In this document: positions 38,015 to 46,876 of the stretch, one piece after another | Layout: the number at the start of each line of letters is the position of its first letter | How positions within the stretch are numbered: the first letter of the stretch is position 1 | Virus record (IMG/VR): IMGVR_UViG_3300009658_000001 | Strand: one strand, 5' to 3' | Origin: a virus | Length of the DNA: 51,901 bases | The notes under the pieces: generated by a model | Seen by the model: only the letters and a program-made list of their open reading frames with translations | What the model was told of the DNA's origin: nothing | Databases searched by the model: none | Translations under genes and position numbers: made by a program

Positions 38015-38368
38015 GTGGCGAACGCGGCGCCGGTCGGGTCCGGCTGGGACGTCACCAACCCGAAGAAGCCGGTCGTCGAGCAGGACCCGGACGCCAGCCT
38101 CATCTGGCAATGGGACTGGTCGACGTGGTGCACCGAGCGAGGCACCACGATCGCGAGTGTCGCCGCCACGGCGGAGCTCCCGCTGCTGGCGGCCGACGAG
38201 GCCGTCACCGACGACGACAAGGGCGCGCTGATCACGGTCTCGATCGACCCCGACGAGTACGACGCGACCGCTCACCTGCGGAAGAAGTTCGGCGTCACGT
38301 GCCGCGTGACGTCGGCGGACGGACAGGTGGACGACATGACCTTCTGGTTCCGCCTCGTGGAGAAGTGA
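38015..38368 (+). CDS. Conserved hypothetical phage protein
   Basis: GTG start after aggag. 117 aa. The pattern DPDASLIWQWDWSTW...TIASV is seen in many phage loci. Confidence 0.45.
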   Translation: MANAAPVGSGWDVTNPKKPVVEQDPDASLIWQWDWSTWCTERGTTIASVAATAELPLLAADEAVTDDDKGALITVSIDPDEYDATAHLRKKFGVTCRVTSADGQVDDMTFWFRLVEK

Positions 38369-39790
38369 TTGGCCGTCGAGTTCAAGCTCTACCCCAAGCA
38401 GAGACGGGCCCTCATGTCGAGGGCCCAAGAAATCCTGTACGGGGGCGCCGCTGGTAGTGGCAAGAGCTACATGATGCGCGTTCTCGCCATCGTACTGTGC
38501 ATGGAGATACCGAACATCAAGGTGTTCCTCTTCAGGCGCATGTACAAGGAGCTGTACATCAACCACGTGTACAGCCCTGACGGCTTTCTGGTGATGCTGA
38601 AGGAGTTCGTCGACCGGGGCGAGGTCGTCTTCAACAAGTCCGACGGCGTCATCAACTTTCCCTTCAACGGGGCTCAGATCTACCTCTGTCACGCGCAGCA
38701 CGAGTCGGACATCAACACGTACCTCGGCGCGGAGATCCACGTGCTCCTGATCGACGAGGCGACGCAGTTCACTGAGAAGATGATTCGATTCATCCGTACC
38801 CGCGTGCGGCTCGGCGGGTTGACCGTCCCGGATCAATGGAAGAGCCTTCTGCCGAAGATCATCTACGGGTCGAACCCGGGCGGCCCGGCTCACTCGTACT
38901 TCAAGCGCGGATTCGTGAGTCACGGCGAGGGTCACGTGTTCAACGCGCCGGTGCAGGACGGTGGCATGTCGCGGGAGTATGTGCCGGCGAAGTCCAAAGA
39001 GAACGTCATCATGACCCGCAACGACCCGAACTACGGTCAGCGGATCATGGGCCTGGGCGACGACCGACTCGCCCTGGCGTACCTCGAGGGAAACTGGGAC
39101 CTCGAGGAGGGCGCGGCGTTCTCCGACCTGTGGGACGCCAACGTCCACGTTGTGCAGAACATCGAGATCCCGCGGACTTGGTCGATCGACCGGTCGCACG
39201 ACTACGGCTACTCCGCGCCGGCGGCCACTCTGTGGTGGGCCGAGTCGGACGGGACCGCGTGTGTGATGAACGACCGGCGCGTGGTGCTGCCGAGGCGGAG
39301 CATCGTGCTGATCGGTGAGAAGTACTTCGCCGACAAGGAGGACAAGGGGCTGCGCCTCATGCCGGCGGAGCTCGGCCAGCAGATGCATGACTACGAGTCG
39401 ATGAACGGGTTCCGGGCGCGCACGCAGGCCGGCCCGGCGGACTCGAGCATCTTCGACAAGGACCGTGGGTCGACGAGCGTGCACGACGAGTACGTGCGGC
39501 GCGGGATGAGGTTCACGAGGGCGGACAAGCGCCCGGGGACGCGCGAGAGAGGCTTCGTGCTGGTCCGGCAGGGACTCAAGGCCGCGACGACGCGAAACTT
39601 CGAGGCCCCGTGGCTCCTGGTGCACAGGAACTGCGTTCACACTGTTTCGCAGATCGCTGAACTGCCGATGAGTTCGAGCAACCCGCAGGACGTGGACACT
39701 GCAGCGAACGACCACATCTACGACGCGGTGAGGTACAGGGTGCTCAAGGGCATGATGCTCGGGGCTCAGGCGCAAGTCTACGGGACCTGA
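38369..39790 (+). CDS. terL: Terminase large subunit
   Basis: Walker A motif LYGGAAGSGKS and Walker B motif LLIDEATQF. TTG start immediately after the upstream stop. Confidence 0.9.
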   Translation: MAVEFKLYPKQRRALMSRAQEILYGGAAGSGKSYMMRVLAIVLCMEIPNIKVFLFRRMYKELYINHVYSPDGFLVMLKEFVDRGEVVFNKSDGVINFPFNGAQIYLCHAQHESDINTYLGAEIHVLLIDEATQFTEKMIRFIRTRVRLGGLTVPDQWKSLLPKIIYGSNPGGPAHSYFKRGFVSHGEGHVFNAPVQDGGMSREYVPAKSKENVIMTRNDPNYGQRIMGLGDDRLALAYLEGNWDLEEGAAFSDLWDANVHVVQNIEIPRTWSIDRSHDYGYSAPAATLWWAESDGTACVMNDRRVVLPRRSIVLIGEKYFADKEDKGLRLMPAELGQQMHDYESMNGFRARTQAGPADSSIFDKDRGSTSVHDEYVRRGMRFTRADKRPGTRERGFVLVRQGLKAATTRNFEAPWLLVHRNCVHTVSQIAELPMSSSNPQDVDTAANDHIYDAVRYRVLKGMMLGAQAQVYGT

Positions 39791-39791
39791 T

Positions 39792-41141
39792 ATGGCAAAG
39801 AAGATACAGGACTTCTCGCACCCGGAGTACTCCGCATCGCTCCCGGACTGGACGAAGATCCGCGACTGTTTCAAGGGCGAGCGCGCGATCAAGGCCGCCG
39901 GCAACGCCTACCTGCCACGCTTGAAGGCGCAGAGCCAGGAGGACTACGACAACTATCTGTACCGCGCGCTCTTCTTTCCCATCACCGGGAAGACCGTCGC
40001 CAGTCTGGTTGGACTGGCGACGTCCAAGAAGCCGAGGATCGAGTACCCGGAGACGATGTCCAAGTACTTCAGCGACACGGCGAGTGCGCTGTACCAGTTC
40101 ACGGAGTTCTTCGTCGGCGTTTTCAACGAGGTCGTGCTGCAGGGTCGGCTCGGCGTGCTGATCGACGCCCCTGCGGGCGGCGGCGACCCGTACCCAGTGC
40201 CGTACGTCGCCGAAAATGTGATAAACTGGCAAGAGGACAAGCAAGGCAAGCTCCTGATGGTGCTGCTGCGAGAGTACGTGAGCGTGCCCGGCGACGAGCG
40301 GTTCAGCACTCAAATCGTGTGCCGGTACCGTCACTGTTACCTGTCAGGCGGCGTGTACTGGCAGGAGTTGTTGGACGATGAGCTGAAGCCGACGAGCGCG
40401 GTGTTCGCGCCGACGTTCTCCGGGTCGACGATCGACTACGTGCCGTTCACTTGCATCGGCGCGAGCGGCTGTCACCTGTGGGTCGACAAGCCGCCGATGC
40501 TCGACATCTCGACGATCAACATTAGCCACTACCTGACGTCGGCGGACCTCGAGTGGGGTCGGCACATTGTCGGACTCCCGACCCCGGTCGTGTCCGGCGT
40601 CGACGCTGGGACGAAGCTCAGCATCGGCGGCACCGCGGCGTGGATTCTGCCGACGACCGACGCCAAAGCGTACTACATGGAGTTCCTCGGTCAAGGGCTC
40701 CTATCACTTGAGAAGGCGATGACCGAGAAGGTCGGCCTGATGTCGACGCTGTCCGCGAGGCTCGTGGACAGCTCGGCGAAGGGCTCTGAGGCGGCCGAAG
40801 CGGTGCGCCTGCGCTACGTCAACGAAGCCGCCAGCCTCATCCACATCATCGGATCGATCGAGAACGGCCTGATAATCGTGTTCAACCAACTGGCGAAGTT
40901 GCAGCGCGACGTCGGCGATGTGAAGATTGCTCTGCAGCGCGACGTCATGGGCAACGCCATCACCTTCAGTGACATGAAGGTGCTGTTCGAAGCGTACCTG
41001 AACGGCTCCATCAGCGGGGAGACGCTCATCTACAACCTCCGGAGGCTCGACGCGCTCGATCCGAACCGTGAGGACTCGTTGGAGCTGGCCGACATCAAGA
41101 AGCCAGCGCCTGTCAATCAACCTGGCGGCGGTGCCGCGTAA
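39792..41141 (+). CDS. Portal protein (DUF4055-like)
   Basis: 449-aa ORF directly after terL. The N-terminal pattern WTKIRDCFKGERAIKAAGNAYLPRL is typical. Confidence 0.8.
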   Translation: MAKKIQDFSHPEYSASLPDWTKIRDCFKGERAIKAAGNAYLPRLKAQSQEDYDNYLYRALFFPITGKTVASLVGLATSKKPRIEYPETMSKYFSDTASALYQFTEFFVGVFNEVVLQGRLGVLIDAPAGGGDPYPVPYVAENVINWQEDKQGKLLMVLLREYVSVPGDERFSTQIVCRYRHCYLSGGVYWQELLDDELKPTSAVFAPTFSGSTIDYVPFTCIGASGCHLWVDKPPMLDISTINISHYLTSADLEWGRHIVGLPTPVVSGVDAGTKLSIGGTAAWILPTTDAKAYYMEFLGQGLLSLEKAMTEKVGLMSTLSARLVDSSAKGSEAAEAVRLRYVNEAASLIHIIGSIENGLIIVFNQLAKLQRDVGDVKIALQRDVMGNAITFSDMKVLFEAYLNGSISGETLIYNLRRLDALDPNREDSLELADIKKPAPVNQPGGGAA

Positions 41142-41153
41142 GGAGAAGAGCAA

Positions 41154-41885
41154 GTGGCTCTGAAGTATCGAATCAAGAAGTTGGAGGACGCGCCGGAGGC
41201 CGTCCGTAATCTGTACAAGCCGGACGGCGAGGAGTTCGTGCTGGACACGGAGGGCGCGGTCGCGAAGGAGCGCCTGGACGAGTTTCGCGAGAACAACGTC
41301 GCGCTCCAGAGGCAGTTGGACAAGCTGAAGGACATCGACCCGGTCAAGTACAAGGAACTCACCGATCTGCAGCGCGAGGTCGAAGAGGGCAAGCTTCTGA
41401 AGGCGGGCAAGATCGACGAGGTGGTCAATTCGCGTGTTACCGCGATGAAGACCGCCCTCGAAACCGAGCGCGACGGGTTTAAGGCCCGTGCGGAGACCTC
41501 CGAGGGACAGTTGGCGGTGCTGCTGATCGATTCCGCAGTGCGCGCCGAAGCGCTGAAGCTCGGCGTCGTCAACACCGCTCTGGACGACGTGGTTTTGCGC
41601 GCCAGAACGGTGTACAGGATGAAGGACGGCGCGGCGGTGCCTCACAACGACAAGGGCGAGGTCGTCTTCGGCAAGGATGGCAAGACGCCGATGCCGATGG
41701 GCGACTGGCTGACCGCGCTGAAGAAGACCGCACCACACTTGTTCGCGACGAGTCAGGGCGGCGGCGCTGGCGGCGGGTCACGCACTGGTTCGGGCGATCT
41801 CTCGAAGGCCTCCGCCGTCGACAAGATCGCGGCGGGGTTGGAGGCCGGCGGTCTGATGGGCCGCTTGCCAGCGGAGACGTCCTAA
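41154..41885 (+). CDS. Scaffolding protein
   Basis: Coiled-coil, charged 243-aa ORF between the portal and capsid genes. Confidence 0.65.
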   Translation: MALKYRIKKLEDAPEAVRNLYKPDGEEFVLDTEGAVAKERLDEFRENNVALQRQLDKLKDIDPVKYKELTDLQREVEEGKLLKAGKIDEVVNSRVTAMKTALETERDGFKARAETSEGQLAVLLIDSAVRAEALKLGVVNTALDDVVLRARTVYRMKDGAAVPHNDKGEVVFGKDGKTPMPMGDWLTALKKTAPHLFATSQGGGAGGGSRTGSGDLSKASAVDKIAAGLEAGGLMGRLPAETS

Positions 41886-41892
41886 AAATCTC

Positions 41893-41933
41893 GATCAAAG
41901 GGCGTGTACAAAGGACTTCGGTTGCATTACAAT
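41893..41933 (+). promoter_or_regulatory. Sigma70-like promoter, class I, for the capsid gene
   Basis: GATCAAAGggcgTGTACA, a 17-nt spacer, then TACAAT (41928-41933). Confidence 0.6.
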
Positions 41934-41978
41934 AATACATGATCGAGGTCTTTAGGGTCTAAGGACATTGCTAGAGAT

Positions 41979-42009
41979 ATTCGACGGAATTTGGCAAATT
42001 CCGTCGAAT
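41979..42009 (+). promoter_or_regulatory. 14-bp perfect hairpin in the major capsid mRNA leader
   Basis: Stem ATTCGACGGAATTT / AAATTCCGTCGAAT with loop ggc. A second small hairpin, CACTCCggtGGAGTG, follows. Confidence 0.8.
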
Positions 42010-42068
42010 GTGCGAGGCCACTCCGGTGGAGTGCTGACACAGAGTCATCAACATCATCGGAGCACCAA

Positions 42069-43010
42069 ATGGCTTCTCTCACCCTCACCGAGGCCGCGAA
42101 GATTCAGCAGAACCCCCTCATCCAAGGGGTGATCGAGTCGATCGTCACGGTCAATCAGTTCTACAACTTCCTGCCGTTCGACCAGATCGTCGGCAACGCG
42201 CTCCTGTACACGCGGGAGAATTCGATCGGTGGCGTCGCCCCGATCGGCATCGGCGGCGGGGCCAACGTGATTCCGGCCGGCGCCAAGTCGCCCGCGACCT
42301 TCACGCCGGTCACGACTCCGTTGAAGGCCCTGATCGGCGACGCGCTCGTCGATCACTTCGTCGAAACGACCATGGGCACGCAGAACAGTCAGCGCGCCGT
42401 GCAGGTGTCGTCCAAGGCGAAGGGCCTGGGTCGCGAATACCAGCGACAGTTCATCGCCGGCAACAGCGGTACCGATCCGCTGGAGTTCGACGGTCTGGCG
42501 ACGCTCGTGCCCGGTGCACAGACCGTGGCTGCGGCCAACGCGGTGCTGAGCTTCGAACTGCTGGACGATCTGATCAGCAAGATCAAGGCGAAGGACGGTC
42601 AGGTCGACTTCATCATGGGCCCGGACTCGGCGCTGCGCCGGTACCGCGCTCTGTTGCGGGCCTTGGGCGGTGCGGGCATCGGCGAGGTGAAGACCATGCC
42701 GGACGGCAGTCAGGTGGACAGCTACCGCGGCATCCCGTTCTTCCGCAACGACTGGATTCCGGAAGCGGCGGGCTCCGGCACGTCGACGATCACGGATCTG
42801 TACGCCGGCACCTTCGACGACGGCAGTCGCAAAGTCGGCGTGGCGGGTTTGACGAGCGCGGTGCAGTCCGGCATCTTCGTCAGCTTCGTCGGCGAAGCGG
42901 AGCAGTCGAACGACACCATCACCCGCCTGCGGTTCTACAGCTCGCTCGCCGTGTTCAGCGAACTCGGCATCGGCAAGCTGGGTTCGGTGGCGATCGCCGG
43001 CACGCCGTAA
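42069..43010 (+). CDS. Major capsid protein (HK97-fold type)
   Basis: ATG at 42069 after ggagc. It begins LTLTEAAKIQQNPLIQGVIE...LPFDQIVGNALLYTRE. It has its own promoter and a structured leader. Confidence 0.8.
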   Translation: MASLTLTEAAKIQQNPLIQGVIESIVTVNQFYNFLPFDQIVGNALLYTRENSIGGVAPIGIGGGANVIPAGAKSPATFTPVTTPLKALIGDALVDHFVETTMGTQNSQRAVQVSSKAKGLGREYQRQFIAGNSGTDPLEFDGLATLVPGAQTVAAANAVLSFELLDDLISKIKAKDGQVDFIMGPDSALRRYRALLRALGGAGIGEVKTMPDGSQVDSYRGIPFFRNDWIPEAAGSGTSTITDLYAGTFDDGSRKVGVAGLTSAVQSGIFVSFVGEAEQSNDTITRLRFYSSLAVFSELGIGKLGSVAIAGTP

Positions 43011-43016
43011 TCGGCC

Positions 43017-43565
43017 ATGACCCTCGTCGTCAACAGTACTCCGATGAGTCCCGCCAACAACTCGTACGCGAGTTTGGCGGACTCGGACGAGTATGTGTCG
43101 ACGAGGGTCGCTGACGTAACGGTCAGAACTGCCTGGGACGGCCTCGATCCGGAGCTGAAGGGCGCGTACCTCGTCAACGCGAGTCGCACTCTCGACAGCC
43201 TCTGCAACTGGATCGGTGACAAGTACTCCAGGGATCAGGGACTGAAGTGGCCGAGGGTCAATGCGTACGTCGACGGTTACATCGTCGATCAGATCACATT
43301 TCCGCGCCCGGTCGTGGAAGCGACGATCGAGATGGCGGCGTGGTCGATGACCAACTCCGGCGACGTCGCCGTGAGCAGCAACGCGCAGTTCGATTCGATC
43401 AAGGTCGGGCCGATCGCAATCGATTTCAACGAAGGCTCTGGCATCGCAGCCAATGCCTATTTCCCCGACATCGTGGCGATCCTGCTGCGTGATTACGGAG
43501 GTATCCAAGCTCCTGAGCTCCCGTCCAACACGATGCTGAAGCAGGCCCGCCTTGTGCGCGCTTAG
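43017..43565 (+). CDS. Head-tail connector/adaptor (gp6-like)
   Basis: N-terminal NNSYASLADSDEYV pattern, and the position immediately after the capsid gene. Confidence 0.6.
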   Translation: MTLVVNSTPMSPANNSYASLADSDEYVSTRVADVTVRTAWDGLDPELKGAYLVNASRTLDSLCNWIGDKYSRDQGLKWPRVNAYVDGYIVDQITFPRPVVEATIEMAAWSMTNSGDVAVSSNAQFDSIKVGPIAIDFNEGSGIAANAYFPDIVAILLRDYGGIQAPELPSNTMLKQARLVRA

Positions 43566-43944
43566 GGCCACCGTACTGTCGGCCGTCCGGACGGCCGAAA
43601 CTGCGGTCGAGGACCTGAAGATCCCTGCGAAGCACGTCAAGCGAGGTGCGCCAATCCATGTTCCCGGTTCGTCCCCGAACTACCCTGAAACATTGACTGA
43701 CGTATTCGTTGTGATGACGCGGTTCGAGTCCAAAGAGGTGGACGAAGACCGCGTGATGGCGTCCGATTGGAAGGGGCTCGTCTTCTACAAACCGGAACTG
43801 CCAACGTTTCAGGTGAACGACTTCATCAGGTTCGTGGACGATTTCGGCGACGTGAGGGCTGGCGACTACCGAATCACTTACGACGATCAAGTTACCGCTG
43901 GAGGCCGAACGGCACTGCATCAACTGTATCTGAGAAAGACGTGA
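43552..43944 (+). CDS. Head-closure / head-tail joining protein
   Basis: TTG start overlapping the upstream gene. Call based on position. Confidence 0.45.
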   Translation: MCALRATVLSAVRTAETAVEDLKIPAKHVKRGAPIHVPGSSPNYPETLTDVFVVMTRFESKEVDEDRVMASDWKGLVFYKPELPTFQVNDFIRFVDDFGDVRAGDYRITYDDQVTAGGRTALHQLYLRKT

Positions 43945-44321
43945 TTTACACAACTTCGATTGCGAAAGGCTGGCCCACCAAGAAGCAGCTTTTCGCAATC
44001 GGTGAAGAGGGCTGCAAGAAGTTTGCGGGGGACGTTTTTCGTGCCGCCGTGAAACTCTCTCCTGTCTACACCGGAGCGTTTCGAGCTAGTTGGCGAATTT
44101 CATTCAACGAACCGAGGTACGATGTGACGCAGGGTCGCACTCCTGAATCGCCCATTCGCGGCGCCAGCTTTCGCTGGCCTGCGGGCTTTCAGTTGGGCGA
44201 CATGATCGTCATCTCGAACAATCAGCCGTACGCGGAGTTGATCGAGTACGCAGGCTGGTCAAATCAGGCGCCGTACGGTGTTCTGCGACTGGCGATCGCC
44301 CAGGCGAGGATGATGCCGTGA
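43941..44321 (+). CDS. HK97 gp10-like tail-completion protein
   Basis: GTGA overlap start. SPVYTGAFRASW motif. Confidence 0.6.
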   Translation: MIYTTSIAKGWPTKKQLFAIGEEGCKKFAGDVFRAAVKLSPVYTGAFRASWRISFNEPRYDVTQGRTPESPIRGASFRWPAGFQLGDMIVISNNQPYAELIEYAGWSNQAPYGVLRLAIAQARMMP

Positions 44322-44743
44322 AGTACGACGTCGTCAAGCAAAGTCTCGAAGAGTTCGTGATCGCGAACTGGACATTGACTCCGACGAGTTCGATCCAGTT
44401 CGACAACGTCGCGTTCAACTCTGATCTGTTCAGCGAATACGTACAGTTCACGGTCCGCTTCGGCGACGCGCTCAAGCGCTCACTGTCCGCGAAGTGCTAC
44501 CGCCAACTGGGACTAGCAATCCTCACTGTCAAGACGCGGCCCAATCAGGGCTCCGATCGAAAGCTCAAACTCGCTCGGGCGGCGTCCGAGATGCTCTTGA
44601 ACGCGAAGGTGCTGGCGGCGCCGCCCCTGATCGCGCCGGTCGTGAACATGCGCGAACCGGACCTCTTCGACGACACCCGCGACCGTGACGGATTCGTTAT
44701 GGCGCAGGTGAGCTGCCCCTTCTACTACGATTTGGAGTACTGA
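44318..44743 (+). CDS. Tail terminator (DUF4128-like)
   Basis: GTGA overlap start. Located upstream of the tail tube gene. Confidence 0.55.
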   Translation: MKYDVVKQSLEEFVIANWTLTPTSSIQFDNVAFNSDLFSEYVQFTVRFGDALKRSLSAKCYRQLGLAILTVKTRPNQGSDRKLKLARAASEMLLNAKVLAAPPLIAPVVNMREPDLFDDTRDRDGFVMAQVSCPFYYDLEY

Positions 44744-44744
44744 A

Positions 44745-46067
44745 ATGGCCTCCGCCGACCTCACCGCAATTTCCTACATCGCCGAAGCCACCCCCGGCGT
44801 CACGCCAAACGACGGTGTGGCCGCGAGTGCGACGCTGACCTTTGCCGGTCAGCCTTCGAACAACGACACCGTCACCATCAACGGTGTCGTCTACACGTTT
44901 CAGACGACGCTGACCAACGTTGCGGGCAACGTCAAGATCAGCACCGTCAACGTCGCTGACACGATCGTGAATCTGCGCAACGCGGTCAATCGCGGTGCCG
45001 GTGCCGGCTCGCGGTACGCTGCAGCGACAGTACATCATCCGAACGTCACTGCGACGAGCACGTCCACTACCCTCGTTGCGACGGCGATCTTTCCCGGCAC
45101 GTCCGGAAACGCGTTCACGAAGGCGGAGTCCGGCTCGAACACCGCGTGGGACGCTGGCGGTGGTGGTACGACCTTCTCGGCCGGCACGAATTCGTCCACG
45201 ACCGTTTGGAAACAACTGCGCTACACGGGCGAATCGCTGAACTTCAGCATCGAGAACACGTCTTCCGCAGAAATCCGTCCTGATCGCGTGCAGGCTGACC
45301 TCGTACAGACTTCGGCCTCCGGCGCGGGCGACACCAACGTCGAGCTCTCGTTCGGTTCGTACGACGACTGGCTGGAGGCTGCGCTGTGCGGTACGTGGGC
45401 GGCCGATGAATTGAAGAACGGCGCGGCGCGGCGCTTCTTCACCGTTCGGAAGCACTTCCAGGACATGACGCCGCAGCAGTATCATCTGTACCGCGGTACC
45501 GCGATCGAGGGGTTCAACTTCACGATGGAGCTCGGCGCGATCGTCAGCGGCGCGTTCAGCCTCGTGTCGTTCGGCATCGACCCCCTCACCGGCATCATGG
45601 TCGCGGGCTACGACGGTGAGTCCACCACCGCCGCGCCGGCGACCGTGCCGCTGAACGCGGTGACGAACTTTCAAGATTTCATGATCGACGGCGTGCCGTA
45701 CTCCGGCTGCATCAGTCGACTCACCCTGGCGCTCAAGAACAACATTCGCACGATCCAGTGTCTGGGCTCGCTCACTGCGAAGGACATGCGACTGGGTCGC
45801 ATCGAGATCACTGGCGAAGCGGAGTTCTACTTCAACGACGCGTCGGTGTACGACAAGTTCGTCAAGGGCACGGAACTCGATTTGAACTTCGCGCTCGAGG
45901 ACGCGATCGGCAACCGACTCACGTTCGATCTGCCGCGGGTGAAATTCGAGACCGGCGAGGTCGTCGCTGGTGGACAGAACACCGACGTCATGGTGTCGAC
46001 GAGCTACCGAGCGCTCTACAGTCCGTCCGACACGTATGTGGCGAAGCTCACCCGCTCTGCGGCGTAA
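44745..46067 (+). CDS. Major tail tube protein with an N-terminal insertion of about 130 aa
   Basis: LRYTGESLNFSIENTSSAEIRPDRVQADLV...ELSFGSYDDWLEAALCGTW resembles tail tube family proteins. The gene is followed by a stem-loop element and the chaperone genes. Confidence 0.7.
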   Translation: MASADLTAISYIAEATPGVTPNDGVAASATLTFAGQPSNNDTVTINGVVYTFQTTLTNVAGNVKISTVNVADTIVNLRNAVNRGAGAGSRYAAATVHHPNVTATSTSTTLVATAIFPGTSGNAFTKAESGSNTAWDAGGGGTTFSAGTNSSTTVWKQLRYTGESLNFSIENTSSAEIRPDRVQADLVQTSASGAGDTNVELSFGSYDDWLEAALCGTWAADELKNGAARRFFTVRKHFQDMTPQQYHLYRGTAIEGFNFTMELGAIVSGAFSLVSFGIDPLTGIMVAGYDGESTTAAPATVPLNAVTNFQDFMIDGVPYSGCISRLTLALKNNIRTIQCLGSLTAKDMRLGRIEITGEAEFYFNDASVYDKFVKGTELDLNFALEDAIGNRLTFDLPRVKFETGEVVAGGQNTDVMVSTSYRALYSPSDTYVAKLTRSAA

Positions 46068-46068
46068 C

Positions 46069-46123
46069 GTCCGGGCGCTCCGGCAAATTCGTCAATACGA
46101 ATACACGTCGACGGCTCCCGGAC
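46069..46123 (+). repeat. GGCTCCCGGACG element, copy E, directly after the tail tube gene stop
   Basis: GTCCGGGCGCTCCGGCAAATTCGTCAATACGAATACACGTCGACGGCTCCCGGAC. Confidence 0.7.
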
Positions 46124-46148
46124 AAAGTTCAATCAACGAAGGATTCAG

Positions 46149-46532
46149 ATGATTTTCGACGCAGATCTCAGTTCGGTGGACGACGGCGTGTGGAAGCAGT
46201 ACGAGGGCGCGGAGTTCCTCGTCGCGCACATTTCCAACATGAAGTTTCAGCGCGCCCTCTCGCGTCTGCAACAGCCGCACCGTCGCAAGCTGCAGGAGGG
46301 CACGCTCGATCCCAAGACGAACCAGGGTATCGTGTGCGAAGCGATGTCCGAAGGGGTTCTGCTCGGTTGGAAGGGCGTGAAGACGCGCAAGGGCGACGAG
46401 GTTGCGTACTCCAAGGAGAGCGCGCTCCAGCTGCTCAAGCGTGACCCAGGCTTTCGTGACTGGGTGACCGAGGTGTCGACCCAGATTGCCAACTACCGTG
46501 ACGAGGAGGTGGAAGCGCTGGGGGAAGACTAA
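46149..46532 (+). CDS. Tail assembly chaperone (gpG-like)
   Basis: 127-aa ORF between the tail tube and tape measure genes, with an acidic C-terminus. Confidence 0.7.
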   Translation: MIFDADLSSVDDGVWKQYEGAEFLVAHISNMKFQRALSRLQQPHRRKLQEGTLDPKTNQGIVCEAMSEGVLLGWKGVKTRKGDEVAYSKESALQLLKRDPGFRDWVTEVSTQIANYRDEEVEALGED

Positions 46533-46876
46533 AGGCCTGGGTTCGATGGACGTCGGAGTGGGGTCCGAAGATTCGCAAGCTCATCGAGATTGAGCAGGCG
46601 AGCGGAAAGACCCCTCAGGCGCTCTTCGACGCTCCGGTCGCGTACGGATTCGAGAAAGAGCTGGTGCTGGCGTACAATTTTCTGGCTTCAAGGCGATCGA
46701 TCGGATTTGCAGCTAACCCGATACCGTTGTCCGAGATTCAGACGTACGTACAGATTTTTGGCCCTCCGCAGATGCCGATGAACATGTTCGTCGACCTGTT
46801 GGGGATGATGGATATAGAGTACCTGTCAAAGGTTCACGCGAAAAACCATGGCCACAAGCCTTCAGGTAAACGCTAG
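46149..46876 (+). CDS. Tail assembly chaperone G-T fusion by a putative -1 frameshift
   Basis: The -1 frame is open from 46502 to 46876. A G-run, ctgggggaag, at about 46518-46527 lies just before the G stop at 46530-46532. Confidence 0.5.

Noticed and set aside
37775-39904. Very long antisense ORFs, for example 709 aa at 37775..39904 (-), 528 aa at 42054..43640 (-), 466 aa at 3960..5360 (-) and 387 aa at 18508..19671 (-).
   Set aside because: They lie opposite genes with clear functional motifs (terminase, capsid and others) and their translations are Arg/Ala/Pro/Gly-rich low-complexity sequence. This is the usual artefact of stop-codon-poor high-GC DNA.
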